A DNA stretch of 64,000 bases from Penicillus capitatus (Eukaryota; Plantae; Chlorophyta), in assembly GCA_965649825.1 (NCBI GenBank), contig OZ287696.1, positions 849,101-913,100 on the forward strand. Reading direction: 5' to 3'. The notes under the pieces were generated by a model. The model was not told the DNA's origin and did not search any database. It worked only from the letters and a program-made list of their open reading frames with translations. The translations under genes were made by a program, and so were the position numbers. This document shows positions 1 through 12,723 of the stretch, one piece after another; the stretch's first letter is position 1; each line of letters starts with the position of its first letter.

Positions 1-251
1 ATGGAATGCCGTATTGCCGATCCCCCTGCCAGTGCAATCGTCAATCTGTCGAATAGTGTCTTGAAAAGACGCAACCGATCCTCTCCATTCCATCTCTTTC
101 ATGAACTACAGGCGGCGGTGGCCTTGAGGACGCTCTCGTCGGAGCAATCGTGCGGCGGATGGCGTTCGGTACTTACTCCCAATCGTCGTGCTATAGAGAT
201 GAAGCTGGCCATGATAAACACGCAAGTGTCAGGAAGGCGACATCGACAGTT

Positions 252-1368
252 CTACGCAGGCGGCAAGACAGATTCGAGAAAACTCTGGACGTCCTGCATT
301 TCTTCCCGACATGCCGCGTGCGCCATCTCATACTCTGCAAACCGCACGCTCTCCATCTCTTTCTCGAGCACCTGGGGAAAATCCCATGGAGGTGAGCACG
401 CAGAAGTGCACCAGCATCGTCGGTCACTTCGAAAGAGTGCTTCCCGTAGGTGAAGGCAATCATGGGATCGTAGAGTCCATGGCACATGAACACTGGCGTC
501 TTTCTGTTGGCTTCTGATACGCTCGGCTCACCGGAGAGCTTCGGCAGATAGCAGCTCATCCCTGCGGATGAGATGTAGAGAGAGGAGGTGTTTGGCGACG
601 GCATGCACCGATGATGGCAGCAAATTTGTGCGGAGATCGAAGCATGGCCAACGCCATCGCCCCTCCCTGAGAAAACCCAGAGATGACAATGCGTTCTGGC
701 TTGATCCCCGTCCCCATCTCCTTCTCCACCAGAGACGTCAGGAATCTGCAGAAACGCAGAAGTCGTCAGGGAACGGGTGGTCGGTGTGCTGTGACCTGAC
801 GCTCTCCCGGATCCCCTCTTCGTCTGTTCTGTGGTCCTCTTCGCTGAGGGAGTTCACGTCATACCAGGCAGTAGAGGGGAAGCCGCCATTCGTGGTGACC
901 GGTCGCTGTCAGCACGGCCCCACAGTTTAGCGTCCGGGTCGACGAAGTTCGGGTTCCATACCACTGGTGCGGTGGGAAGGACAAACTTCACGTGCGGCAG
1001 GTTTTGACCCCACATCTCTTTGGTGGCCACATCCGACCACCCGTCACACGTGTCTCCCAGTCCATGCAACAAAAACACCGTGGCAGAGTGCTCAGATCTG
1101 TCAGCAAGGCCTCGTTCACGACGGTTACCACTCGACAAACGTCCTCGCCGAACCGGGCAGGCACGACCAGTGGCGTCTTGTAGTCGAGTGAAGGCGGTGG
1201 CATTGAACCGTAAGCCCGAATACCGGCACACACAGACGATACCGGAGACGCTTTCCTTTGGGATGCAATGGAGTGGTGTGCCGTGCTGTTCGTGAAAAGT
1301 CTGGCTGTTGAGCGCAGGGAGAGAGATGTCAGCGGCGCGACGGCTCTATAGACAGGGACGCAATGCAT
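252..1368 (-). CDS. Acyl-protein thioesterase / lysophospholipase (alpha/beta hydrolase), multi-exon, with possible N-terminal targeting peptide
   Basis: Spliced frames give LHGLGD, VKFVLPTAP, GFSQGG (catalytic Ser), HGLYD and MAHAACREE; short GT-AG introns join them in frame. A second Met is at 1203. Confidence 0.9.
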
Positions 1369-1409
1369 CGAATGACGAGGAGAGTAAGGATGTTGTACAC
1401 GTCTATTCC

Positions 1410-1823
1410 ATGGCCACCGACACGACTGTACTGCACAGATGTGTCGACCGTGGCAAGATCAACATTCGAGAGACCTCTCTAACAAGAGGAGACGGAATTG
1501 TCTGCGGAGCGATTACTTCAGAGAACGTACAAATCTTCCGAGACTGTCTGAAAGGGGACGATCGGCAGTGTTGGATCTATCCGTGCGAATTGCGGATAGG
1601 CGGCACCAATTCAGCCTGACCCCACAAAGAATTCGTGGAAGGGAGACACAGGGCAAAAAATTGGAAAGAAAGATGTCGAATCTTTGCGTCCGTCCATCTC
1701 CGGACGGTCGACAGATGCTGCGACGGTTCGATCGAAAAAAACAAGCTAGGCAACGGCAGGGTGTTCGTACAGTTTCCAAAAAAAAACAAACAAGGCGTGA
1801 GAGGGTTCAAGCAAAAAACGTGA
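1410..1823 (+). pseudogene. SAND-domain-like sequence interrupted by an in-frame TGA (1617-1619)
   Basis: IVCG...EFVEGRHRAKNWK resembles the SAND KDWK/KNWK signature; moving one A by ~22 nt restores FSLTPQEF. Confidence 0.4.
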
Positions 1824-2010
1824 TAAGAATAGACCTCATCACCCGAGAGACCGTTTCTGAGACAACAAACACATGTCACGATGCAGATCGTCACTTCTAC
1901 CGCCTAAACTCCTTTTCACGTACATTGAAACATTTGACCTCACATTGAGCGTCAGGTATCGAGTGAGAGAACACGTGCGATCTGCATCCTGTATGATCAT
2001 TTCCTAGAAC

Positions 2011-2538
2011 CTAATGGCCTCGCCGATACAGAGACGTCAGAATTGCCGCCTCGTCGGACGTCAACGACTCGAAATGCCACAGCACATGTTTGATCAAGAC
2101 ATCGCGACGGACGCGCGATCCGATGCCGAGTCCATGGAGGTGGGCATATCGCATCAGGGCAGTGGTGCTGAGCTTCTGCAGGTTGACACCGCCGGCTGTG
2201 CGCGCCTTTGCCGAATGGAACTCTGAGCATCCACGCGTGCTGGATCGCTCAGACGGCGTCGAGTCTCCTTCACAGCAGCTGCCGGGTGCGACGCCATCTG
2301 CCAGACAGAGCGCGTTGCGCTGCACTTTGACAGTGGTGCCGTTCTTAAGCTCCAGCCAGTGCCATCCGCCCAGACCGACCGTCTTGATCACAATACCTTC
2401 CTGGCCAGTAAGCGACGCCTGCGTCCTTTTGTTTCCAATAATGCGAACGTGCGTATTGGCTGGGTAGACGAGCACGTTGTCTGCGTCTGCTGCTAGACCC
2501 CAGCATCCGTAGAAAGCCAATGGAGCGTCCGTCGGCAT
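2011..2538 (-). CDS. Plant-type SAP30-related histone deacetylase complex subunit (Sin3-binding domain), intronless
   Basis: NTHVRIIGNKRT..VGLGGWHWL..KVQRNAL N-terminal motif and C-terminal VNLQKLSTTALMRY..LIKHVLWHF SAP30 Sin3-binding motif. Confidence 0.85.
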   Translation of the reverse strand: MPTDAPLAFYGCWGLAADADNVLVYPANTHVRIIGNKRTQASLTGQEGIVIKTVGLGGWHWLELKNGTTVKVQRNALCLADGVAPGSCCEGDSTPSERSSTRGCSEFHSAKARTAGGVNLQKLSTTALMRYAHLHGLGIGSRVRRDVLIKHVLWHFESLTSDEAAILTSLYRRGH

Positions 2539-5500
2539 CGGTGCGGCAGAAACGCGAAACCAATACTCCGTGCACGACTATTGTGAAACCCGGCAAGTGG
2601 CGTTGCCGCTGTCTGACCAAAGACTGGTTTGGACGGACGGGAAGACGAATGAACCAAGCGCTGCCAGGCCGCGTCGTAAAAAGCATCTTCGATTGCATGG
2701 AGAAGACGCGCCGAAGCTCTGCCAGCCACGAATGCATCGCCCGACGTAATCGAATGCGGCGTGGACGGCAGACAAACTGCCGAGATGTGCCTCTATGGAC
2801 CACCAGGAGATCACTCCGTGCTTGTCTGTCCGAATGCATCAGGTAACGATGACGGCAACGCGCTGCTCGTCATCGACTGCCAGAGGCCGCGAGAAGAAAG
2901 AATCCTCGAGCAGGTTACACCCGCTGGATGGACAACGCGGGGTGTGGCTTCGCTGAAGGAAGGGGGCGTGAATCGGCCTCTGCAGGAGGCGCGTCAGCTG
3001 TTCGGGAGGCCATGGATAGCGTCTATTGAAACGGACGCGTCGAACGAAGCGCTGCAGAGTTCGGACGGAAGGACGGACGACCTCTTAGCTGCCTAGAAAT
3101 CCACCGTGCTGCGTGGCTATGGTTGGTCAGTCGCCAACGAGGCGTCATCGGCTCGTAGCTTACAGGTGAGATTGGGCAGCATATGTCGGCGGAGTTGCTC
3201 TGGCGATCGCCTGTGATCAGGAAGAGCCGGAGACGCATTGCCGACGACTGAGAAGAAATGGACTGACGTCCACGATCGAGACGGGTGGGGATTCTGGTCC
3301 CGGAGCAGAGATCTCATCGTAGACATTGCGATAAAGACGAGAAGCGAGACGTGTCTATGAATGCCTTCGTGCAACAAGTCTGTCCCACTGTTGAGAGGAT
3401 GATGGACTGACAATGATACCTCCTTCCACTTACCGCTGCTCCTTTGCGTTGTCGATGCGACACTGATGAGCCTGTCGACCAAGTTCTCTTCTTGTCATGC
3501 TGTGTGTCCGTGCCGTGGGTGGATGTTCCTTTTGACATGTGTCGTTGTTCTGTGTAGCACAACATTTCATGACGTTCGAACTTCATTCATGGAAGGACGA
3601 TGTGTCCGAAACGCCTCTCCCACGAACTGCGTCGTATCCGGCCAGCATGCAGTCATGTGTGTCTGGGAATTCACACTCTGATGATAGCGGTGCTTGTCGC
3701 ATGACGTGCATCACCACTTGTCAAGGCGATAGCGTCTGCAGCGGACACCAAGTGTGAGAATGCCGGAGGATTCTTCCTCGAACGAGTGGCGTTGTAAAGA
3801 GCGATCGCATCGGCGGAGGGCAATGCACAACCAGTGACTCTGGTCGGCAGTTTAGCTGCAGGCGGCAGAAACCTTCGACGGGGTGGACCTGAGCAGACGT
3901 TGGTTTCTCCCCAAATAGCCTCGTCCACGAAGGTAGGAAGAGAATTCACGGAAAGCCTTCACTGGGCATGACCACTCGTTCAGCGTCCTCGCACTGGCAG
4001 CCGGTTCGATGACTGCAGCGTCGACTGCCGACGACAGCAGACTCCATTTGGCCTCTCTAACGTTTTCGCACATATCCTTTCGGCCGGAGAAAGAAATCTG
4101 GCCGCCCCAGCTGCAGTCTTTACTTGATCGTGGTTGTCCGCGCCGCCTGCCATCCGGTTTGCGTTCGACGTTCTTGTCTTGTCAAAAGCACCACAGACAG
4201 ATCCAGATCTCTGGAAGCAATCTTTCACAAACTCTGACGCTTCTTCGCAGTGTTCGGTGAAAACAAGTCGCCGATGGCTTCACAGACAGAAGATCCTGCT
4301 CGGTAATGTAAAACGCGATTGGCTTTCGTTGGCCGGAGCGAGCGGCGACTTCCGAAACACACGACGCCGAAAGCGAGCGTGAACGGAGACCACGGTTCCG
4401 GTTGTCGTCTGGCTGCCGCAGATGGCCGGCAGTTCTGTGCTGCTTCCTTCCATGTCCGAGGGAGTTAAACCACCGACAACTCCCGAAACAGATTCGCGTT
4501 ACACTGTCGAGAAACGCTCTCGCGGCCGCATTCTCCGATATAGCGTCCGAAACAGACAGCCGACATGACAAAGAGCGCTCGCCGCCTCTGCCATAGAGAA
4601 CGCCTGCCTCATCGCTCCGCTCAGGCAAAGCAGAGCCGATTCGAACGGTTCGCCGTTCGGAGATTCGCCACAGAACAGCCGCGGAAACGCTTGCGAGTTA
4701 CACCTAGAGGAGAGAATGCGAACAAACTGCAAAAAAAAACTTGCCTGTAAAACACATTCCAGAGCAGCCAAGAGCGCTCTCCCGTTCGCGTTGCGCATAC
4801 CGGCGACAGTATCCTGCGTTTCTGGCCGTCTGGCGGCCAGTTCTCTGTCCGGCGGCGCATGCAGGCGCCGCCAAACGGCGACAGTTCCGATCCTCCGTTC
4901 GCCGCCGCGGCGCGGCAACCGAGGCGGCCTATAAAGGTCCTGTCGCAGGCCCTTCCGCACTCGAGTTTCCGAGTTTTGCTGCCTGTTTTTCCAGCGAGCG
5001 ACTTGCGACGACATGGCTGACACCAGAATGACGACGGAGGAAGACTACGGCTACCCCGGGAAGCCGTAAGTCCTGCACTCATGCTGCGACGCGCCACGCG
5101 CCGCGGAGCTCTTCGTTCTCTGCGTGGACGCTCTGCACGCACATGCATGCGCCTCGCTCTCTTACCTGCTTTCTGTGTTTGCTTCGTGTGCCCGAGCCTG
5201 TCTTCTGTGGCCACGATAGGTCACACTGCTGACGCAGTAACGCTCTCTGAGTGTTCTAGGTTCTCAGAGGTGACGCTGGGAGAGGTACGGGGCAACAATC
5301 CGCCCAGAGCGTTCCGCAACATGGGGACGGCCGAGCGTGAGCAGTTGTTCTGGGCCTTAAAGGCCCAGACGACTGCTCAGAGGGGCCAGGATCTGCTTCG
5401 GCAGCAGGCCCCTCCTGTTCGGTTCGGCCCCAATAGGGGCCAAACCGAGCAGCCTCGGCAGGGACGGCGGGCGAGGGTCCTCTCCGCCGAGCAGCGGAGA

Positions 5501-5879
5501 GAGCGACTGGCCCAAGAGGGCCAGTCCTCCATGGACATCGGAGGTGGAGAGGTAAGCAAACCTCTCTTTTGTCCGAGATCTCCTAACAGGTCTGTGTTCT
5601 GTAGGCACACCTACAGCCACCTGCGTGCAATCCACCTCCGACCTCGCAGCCGCCTATCCTTCGGCATCCACGTCTCCGCCGCCTGCACAGCCTCCCTCCT
5701 CACGGCCTAGCCAGCCGCCACCAGCCACATCGCAGCCGTCTCCTGCAATGCCGCCGCCGGCCACACAGCCGCCTGCTGCCATAGCGCAGCCCACCCAGCC
5801 TCATGCCTCGATGGAGTGGTCCCCGTCCCCGTCTCCTGCTCCACAGCCAACACTTTCCACTCCCTCTCCACAGCCTGAT

Positions 5880-6470
5880 AGGCCTCCTCTCTTCCCCCCG
5901 CGACCTCAAGTTTACTGTATTCCTGCCTCCCCTCCTCCCCTCATTCCTTCTCGCCCCTTCTTTCTCTCCCTCCCTTCCTCCCGTCCGCCAATTTGGCCAC
6001 GGGTCTTTAAATACTCCCTCCGACACCCTATCTTTCCTCCCCGTCCTTACCTTTTTTCTGTCCCTTCTCATCCTCCTCCTTTCCCTCCACGCCCCTCGTT
6101 AATCTCCTTCCACGCCCATCCAGGTGCTATCCCGCCACGCCCATCCTTTCTCTCCGGCGAATGTGTAAGTCTCATCCTTTCCTATTCTCTCTTATTGTTG
6201 ATTTTTGTGTAGGTTTTCATCCCGGATTTTTCTCTGTGAGGGAGGGGCATTTTTTCCACTTTGGTTGCTGTTTTCCCGGGGGTAGGAAAAAATTTAAAAA
6301 GAAATAAAAATTTTTCTTTTCACACGTATCACACTTTTTCTGTGTGATATTTTTTTGAAAAAAAAAACTAAAAAAACAAAAAAAAATAAATAATGAGGTC
6401 ACACTCTGGAAAGTGTGACCTAAAAATGAAAAAAAATAAAAAGTTATGGGGCTGTTTTCTGTTTTTGCCG
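5880..6470. repeat. Low-complexity tract: pyrimidine-rich segment then A/T homopolymer-rich segment with two TCACAC/GTGTGA inverted repeats
   Basis: Composition is read directly from the sequence; hairpins at 6327-6349 and 6396-6421. Confidence 0.75.
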
Positions 6471-6719
6471 TTTTCCTGCCAATTCACCTTCGCTTTGTTG
6501 TGGTTGGCTTGTTCATGGTTATCCTGGCTGTGGAGATTTGAGTGTTTTTGATGTCTTACTGTGGGTGGAGATTGTGGTCGTGTGAACAGTTACTTTGCTG
6601 CACGGAGGCTGTGGCTGTTTGAGTTCTTGTTGTACACCATTGAGGTGTCTTGGTTCTGCTTGCTGACTTGATCGTTCGAGGCTGTTATCGACCGATTTGT
6701 TACTTTGCTGCGCATGGAG

Positions 6720-9700
6720 ACTGTCATGATTCTAGCTAACGTTTGTTGTGGACTGAGGCCGCTGTCGTCTGCTTTGCTGTTTTGCCGCTGGAGCTTTTTA
6801 TGGTTTGCTCTACTTTCTAGCTGTCTTTGAAGCTGTCATTATTCCACTGACGTTTTGCTGTGGACGGAGGCTGTCGTTTGACTTGCGATCTTGCTGTGCC
6901 TTGAGGCTGTCATTGTCAGATCTCTTACTTTCCTGCATGGAGGCTGTCGTCCGATCCACTAACTCATTGTGGATGAAAGCTGTCATGGTCTGGTTTGCTA
7001 TTTTGCTGCATGGAGGCTGTTTTGCTCGATTTGTGGTGTTGGCCCTGCCTGCTGTCTTGATCTTTGTGGTTGTCATGGTTCTATTTGCCGTTCACTACCT
7101 GGAGGCTGCTGTTTCCTGCTATTTGTTCTGCCGTGAATGGAGGCTGGAGTGTCCTGTTTGCATGTGCTGCTGAAAGAAAGCCCTTTCCTCTTCTCGATTT
7201 TCTGTCCCAGTATTACATGCTGCAAGACGAGACAAATGGAATGTCGTCTTAAACGCTACAACGAGAAAGTGCTATTCGGACTGTGTCCAATGACATGAAT
7301 AAAGTGAGTCGTTCTTTGTTCACTTTCAGATCCCCGACTGATTTGCCAATGTAGACTGGTCATAAGAAGCAAACAAGTTTGCATAGACTTTGGTCTTTCG
7401 GAAGCCGTGAAGCATTCTTTGGAATTCTGTTGGAATCTGAACCTCGTTTCTGTTTATCAGTGAATGGACAGCTGCGAATCACAATGACCGAGAAAGCATT
7501 GAGCGTGACAAAGGACCGCATGGATTACAGCACACTTACCGACAAAGGAGAGTGAAGAGATCTGTGCTGAATGGATGTGAAGAGAGGCTGTCTTTCGAAC
7601 ATAGGCTCTATTCTGGAACACACCTCTGGCTGCTGAACGACCGACATGGACAGTTATTCGTTGAATCCTTTACAGTAAGGCCTGTCGTGTTTTCTGAATG
7701 CGTTTTGAGTTAGCTAACACAGAGAATGTTCAAAGCAAGGATCCGGTTTGTGCACTTGCAAGACATGAAGAACTTCATAACAAGAGGATCCAGTCGAGCG
7801 AGCATGTGATCACACATCTGCAGAAGAGAGCAAGATACCTGGTATTGAGAAGCGATCTTAAGGCGAAGCAGAACCGGTCTTCACTGCATGAGGCTGGAGT
7901 AGATTTCGCCGACGTGTTTCGGGATCGAGCGAGATGCATGGAAACGTTCGTCTACATGCAGCTGACGCTCTTCAACAACTGAAGCTTTGGTATTTGATAG
8001 CGTGCCTGGATCGATTGAGCTCGAGTTGAGATCTATCAGGGACCGAAGCCTGTTCTGCCCCGAGGACATCATGAGCGACCAGAATCCGTTGTGCTGACCT
8101 GTGTCGAGTACAACCAAGAAATCTGGAGAGCATGTTCGCAGAGTCTGCCTTGAGTCATCCTTGACTCTCTCCGAGGAAACAGAAACCAGCTGCTCAAGAT
8201 CAGAACCAGAAGAGCAGTCGATCTCGTCGGGACCCATGAAATCTGGCATCATGCACGGAGGCGTCCACCTGAGGACAACGCGCGCAGTTTGCTTGACGTA
8301 CCGGGCATTCAGCACTCCGCGGAGAAACTGGGTCGCTTTTGGGAGTGGTCTCTGCGAGGACACGCCTTACCCCAGTTTGAAGATGTCACGCTCCCTCAGA
8401 GAGTTCCTTTGTGTGACCGACGCGAGAGATCTTATGATAAAATCTGGAAAGGACGTTCGGAGAAGACTGCCAGAGTCATCCTTGATCCTCTCAGAGAATG
8501 CGAATAAAATCCATCTGACTGCCAAGACGAGTACGTGAGATTTGATCTGGCTGGGACGCAAGGAACCCAGCTGATGCACAGTCGCATCCATCCAAGGAAA
8601 ACAGGACGTTCCTTCCGGCGACAATGGCATTCTGCACCTTGCAGAGGAGGTGAATTGCATTTGGAGTGAGTGACCTTGCAACAACAAGCATTCCGCCAGC
8701 CGGTTTGAAGATGTCACACTTCTCTGAACTTGCCTGTGTGATTGTCATGAAAGCTCTTCGCAAAAGATTCTGGAAATCACGACTAAAAAGCCTCTCAGAG
8801 TCACTCTTGATGTTCTCGGAAAACGTAAAACGACAACCGTCTGTTCAAAATTGCCAAGATGAAGCAGTGGCTCTTGCCAGAGCGTAAGGAATCCGGTTGA
8901 TCCATGGAAGGATGCATCCAAGTGAAACAAGCGCAGTTTATTCGGCATCACGGGTGTCCAGACCCGGTCAGAGCTGGATTGACTTCCGAGAGAGCGCTGC
9001 AAGAGAAAGCATTTCGGCAGTCTGGAGATGCTACACCTGCCGAGAATTCAATGTGTGCTGACTGGCAGGCAGAGAGTCCTTTCGAATGCTTATGCAAGTG
9101 TATCTCAATAAGCCTTGATGAAATGACGACAATTCTCTACCCACAGGTGAGGTCATTGAAACGACTCTCATGGTTGAATGATGTTTTCCAGGCCCTTTCA
9201 AAGATAGGGGTACTGTTGTCGAGGAAGATGGCCATGCCTCTATCAAGGCAAGATAACAGGCACATCAAGCGTCGAAGCAAAGCGGGTGGCATGATGGCAC
9301 TGTGGTACTTCATGAATGGCAGGTGAAGCTTCGTATGGATATGACCACCAAAGCACACTGACAGAATCTACACTAGCCGTATATCCATGCTCGAATGCCC
9401 AGACGCCCAGAAGAAAACGTACCACCCTCAATGAGGTCATACTTTAAGTCTTAGTGCTCGTTTGATGATGTTCTGACAGACAGTGGAAGAAAGTCTGCCA
9501 AAAAGTGGCGCAACGCATTCAACTGGGATAAGTGATGAAACCCAGCCCAGTCAGGGCTTTTCTGCCAGATGACGATACGTTGTTCACTTGACTGCCGACA
9601 GCCTGCAGCGGACTGGACATCTTTCCCCACTACCGATACCACTGGAAAGGAGATGCCGATCTGTGTACAAAGCGAATCGTCAACGAAACCTGTTGTGGAT

Positions 9701-9851
9701 CAAGACTGCAGAAACCAGTGAGGTCTTAGACTGTTTCAGACATCAACAGTGCCTACTCAAAGGATGCAACCTACAGGTTAGCCATTTATCACTCCCTCTC
9801 CTGTCTAAACGATGTCACAGTCCATGTGCATTAGACGGATCATTATTCTCT
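6720..9851. repeat. Segmental repeat B, copy 1 (degenerate minus-strand coding sequence of unknown repeat protein)
   Basis: Colinear direct-repeat similarity to 17858-20529, both ending at ...GGATCATTATTCTCTG. The minus-strand frames are protein-like but broken by stops and frameshifts. Confidence 0.9.
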
Positions 9852-11639
9852 GTACACCCAGACGCTCTGACTCGGGAACTTCGGCGACGTCATCGAAGGA
9901 ATATCGCGACGACTGTGGGGCAGGTCAGAGATTCGGCAGCGGATACGGCGAGTGAAAACGGACCTTCGGCTGAACCATGACACCGTCGTCATCGACGGCG
10001 CCAACGTCGCAGGATACCGCCGTGAAGAGCCTGGCGAAATCTCTCGAGAATCGTTTCAGGTTGAACGGCATCGCCGATAATATCCTGGCCGTCGTGGTCG
10101 AAAGAGCAGCGGCGGAGAAACCCGTCGTCGCCCGTGTTCTCACGGCAGTTACAGATTCCATCACCTCCCGCAGCGAAGTAGTGACCTATCCCACTCTCCT
10201 GAGCGGACTGATCGCAGCGCGAGCGACAAGGCGCAGGTAGTCCACTGCGACTGCGTGATGCATCCGGGTCGGAGACAGAGAGAAGAAGTTGTCGGCGCAG
10301 GACCACTGTCACGCCGTAAACGTTGCCAGGTACGTTCTAAGATTGAGATAGTCGACAGTAGAGGCCCTTTTGAAGCACTCACGTCGTGGACTCGAAGCCG
10401 CATCACCAGTTCGTAACTGCACCGTCGATTCTCATGGCATGTCAGCCTTCTCTATCGATTTGAAGTACCCCTGCGGGGGATGAAGTGAAGCCCCTACTTC
10501 CTCGAGACAGCACTCGGAAGTGAACAGCGTACCCTTGCATCGAGATCACCGACCGTCTTTCCCTCATCCTGACAGGCAACTTATTCCCTACTGCCACATC
10601 CGGGATCGATGAGCAAAGGTTTCCGTTGCTATACTGCTTTCGACTGTCAAAGTGTTCTTGATCCGATGCGATGCACATCGCACATCCGGCTCTGCTGGGC
10701 TGGCCTTCCTTTCTTTGTATTGAACCTCACCATGTCTCCCTGTCTCCGTGCTTTGTGGGACGGATGGAAGGAGACTCCTTTAAGTATGAAACCTATGACT
10801 TGAAGACGTGCTAATCAGATCGTCTCGAAGGAGGGCGGTCAGAGAGCCAGGAATACGAGGTTGTCTCTCACGGTGCTTGAGCGAAATCGGATCTTGTGAC
10901 GTTTGATCGCGGCTCCTTCTTACACTTCTGCAGAATGTTCAGTGACGTGGCCCACGGCCAGAGAGAGACACACATTGTATCATACCTGCCTTAGATGCGC
11001 ACAGATGAGTCACTCGAGCGACTCCGTCCAATACCGAGTCCCACTACTCACATTGACTACTCGCGATCTCAAAGTGGACAACATCTGACGTAGGCAGGGT
11101 ACATCCAGTCGACGCACAAGCGTGTTTGCGCTTCTCCTCTGTGACGAAGGTAGGTGCGGGAGATCCATTCACCATGAAACGCCGTAACCTTGCATCACTT
11201 TGCGACGTTCGTTCACCTGACATGTGAACCTCAGCCGACACTGTTCTTCTCAGGAGGACCGTCAGACATGTATGTAGCTGAACCATTGGAACAGGACAAT
11301 TCACACTAAAAAAGATGCATGGCGCAGACACCTATGGGCTGTTATCTTGTCGCATGTGCGGTACATGTGATAGCAGCGCGTCTTTCACGGAACCATGACT
11401 TCGTTGAAGACTCTGCGTTAGTGACCATCAACAGCAAAACAACGTACTCCACCGACATTGTTTTCATACTGTTAGAAACGGGGAGAACAGTAGGACCACA
11501 CCTAGATTATCCCCTTTCAGACGCAAGGGTCCAGGAGGCCTGTGTATCTTTAACGAATCTTGCGACAAACGAAGGGGCAAGCATTGCTTCACAAGATCCT
11601 CTCGCCAGCTCTGTCGGGTGACCTGTCAGCCGAGCAGTA

Positions 11640-11820
11640 GATTACTTGAAAGACGGGCTCGGTATAGAATTTCAAGTGCATGATAATCTGTGGGACACGA
11701 CAGAAGGTCAAATGGCCGCGATAGACGCAGGTAGAGACACACCTGATTGAGAGAAATCCCGACAGAGACGCAAGAGAAGAGTGCGGCGATGACTTTCGCT
11801 GCAACGCTGTCGCTTAACAT
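11640..11820 (-). pseudogene. Duplicated exons 1-2 of the TMEM184 gene (MLSDSVAAKV...FYTEPVFQ)
   Basis: Nearly identical to 37325-37504; the rest of TMEM184 is absent here. Confidence 0.85.
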
Positions 11821-11974
11821 GGTTGCGTAACGCACGTGCTGAGTTGAAAATTGATTAACAATGGATGATGCGTCTGAACAGATGTCACATCGAAAAGAAC
11901 GACATGTTTAACAGCTGTCGCATCAGAAAGAACGACATGTTTAACATACACACAAATCAGTAACATCTCACACA

Positions 11975-12460
11975 TCATGTCACAATTAGGAAACAGACTA
12001 GAGCGTTCGTTGGATCCTCTGTCTCACCCAATCCTGTCAAACTCGATTCTGAAGCAGGAACAAGATAGAGAGTGATGTTGAATTCATGGAGATGCACAAC
12101 ACCAGCGGCTTCGCGTTCCTTGAGATGGCTCAGGAGTTTATGAAAGAGGCGATTGGGTGCAGTGGGAGTGATGTAGAAGAAATAATGCTCGAGATCTTTG
12201 ATCTTTGGACCTTCAGCCATTCCGAAAACCGACGTCATGGGAGCTCTTGATTCAATTGTGCGTCGAGGAGGTAATGGAATGGGGCATTCTGCAATGGCAC
12301 CAGCGGCTTCGCATTCACGGAAGAAGATTTTGCCACTCCATGCATCGTCTGGAGGTTGCTGAGGGATGCTTGGCTGGGCCATTTGAGCAAGATTGTCAAC
12401 GGATGTCTTGTACATTTCTTCCAGGGAGGCGAGATGAGGAAGACGACTCGGGTAGGCGTT
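11975..12460 (-). pseudogene. SPOC-like domain coding segment, out of frame with the upstream gene
   Basis: WSGKIFF..LPPRRTIESRA..F.ITP..FHKLLSHLKEREAAGVVHL..TLYLVP matches the FPA/Spen SPOC pattern (W.G.L..F..YL.EK.RAGV.L..TLFLVPP). Confidence 0.65.
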
Positions 12461-12480
12461 GTTCCAGGCTTGGACTGTTA

Positions 12481-12712
12481 TGCCATGTGCAGGACTGCGT
12501 CGATCTGCATCGAGGCAGATCGACGGCAGACTCGTGCACATGGCTGTAGCTATGGGCTGTAGCTATGGCATCTTGAGCCGCCTCCATGTGCAGGACTGCG
12601 TCGATCTGCATCGGGGCAGATCATCGGCAGTCTCATGCACATGGATGTAGCTACGTGCAGGACTGCGTCGATCTGCATCGAGGCAGATCGACGGCAGACT
12701 CATGTACATGCC
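12481..12712. repeat. Triplet of ~70-80 nt palindromic hairpin repeats (array 1)
   Basis: Core GTCGATCTGC-ATCGAG-GCAGATCGAC inside CATGTGCA/TGCACATG arms. Confidence 0.92.
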
Positions 12713-12723
12713 TCCTTCCAAGC

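Noticed and set aside
1-250. Possible 3' end of an upstream gene (GGGLEDALVGAIVRRMA)
   Set aside because: Too short to assign without the rest of the gene.
2761-5030. Numerous 70-170 aa ORFs on both strands
   Set aside because: No recognisable motif and no consistent spliced model could be built; left unassigned.
9977-11590. Plus-strand ORF MTPSSSTAPT... and downstream fragments
   Set aside because: Plausible first exon, but no family motif or reliable continuation was found.
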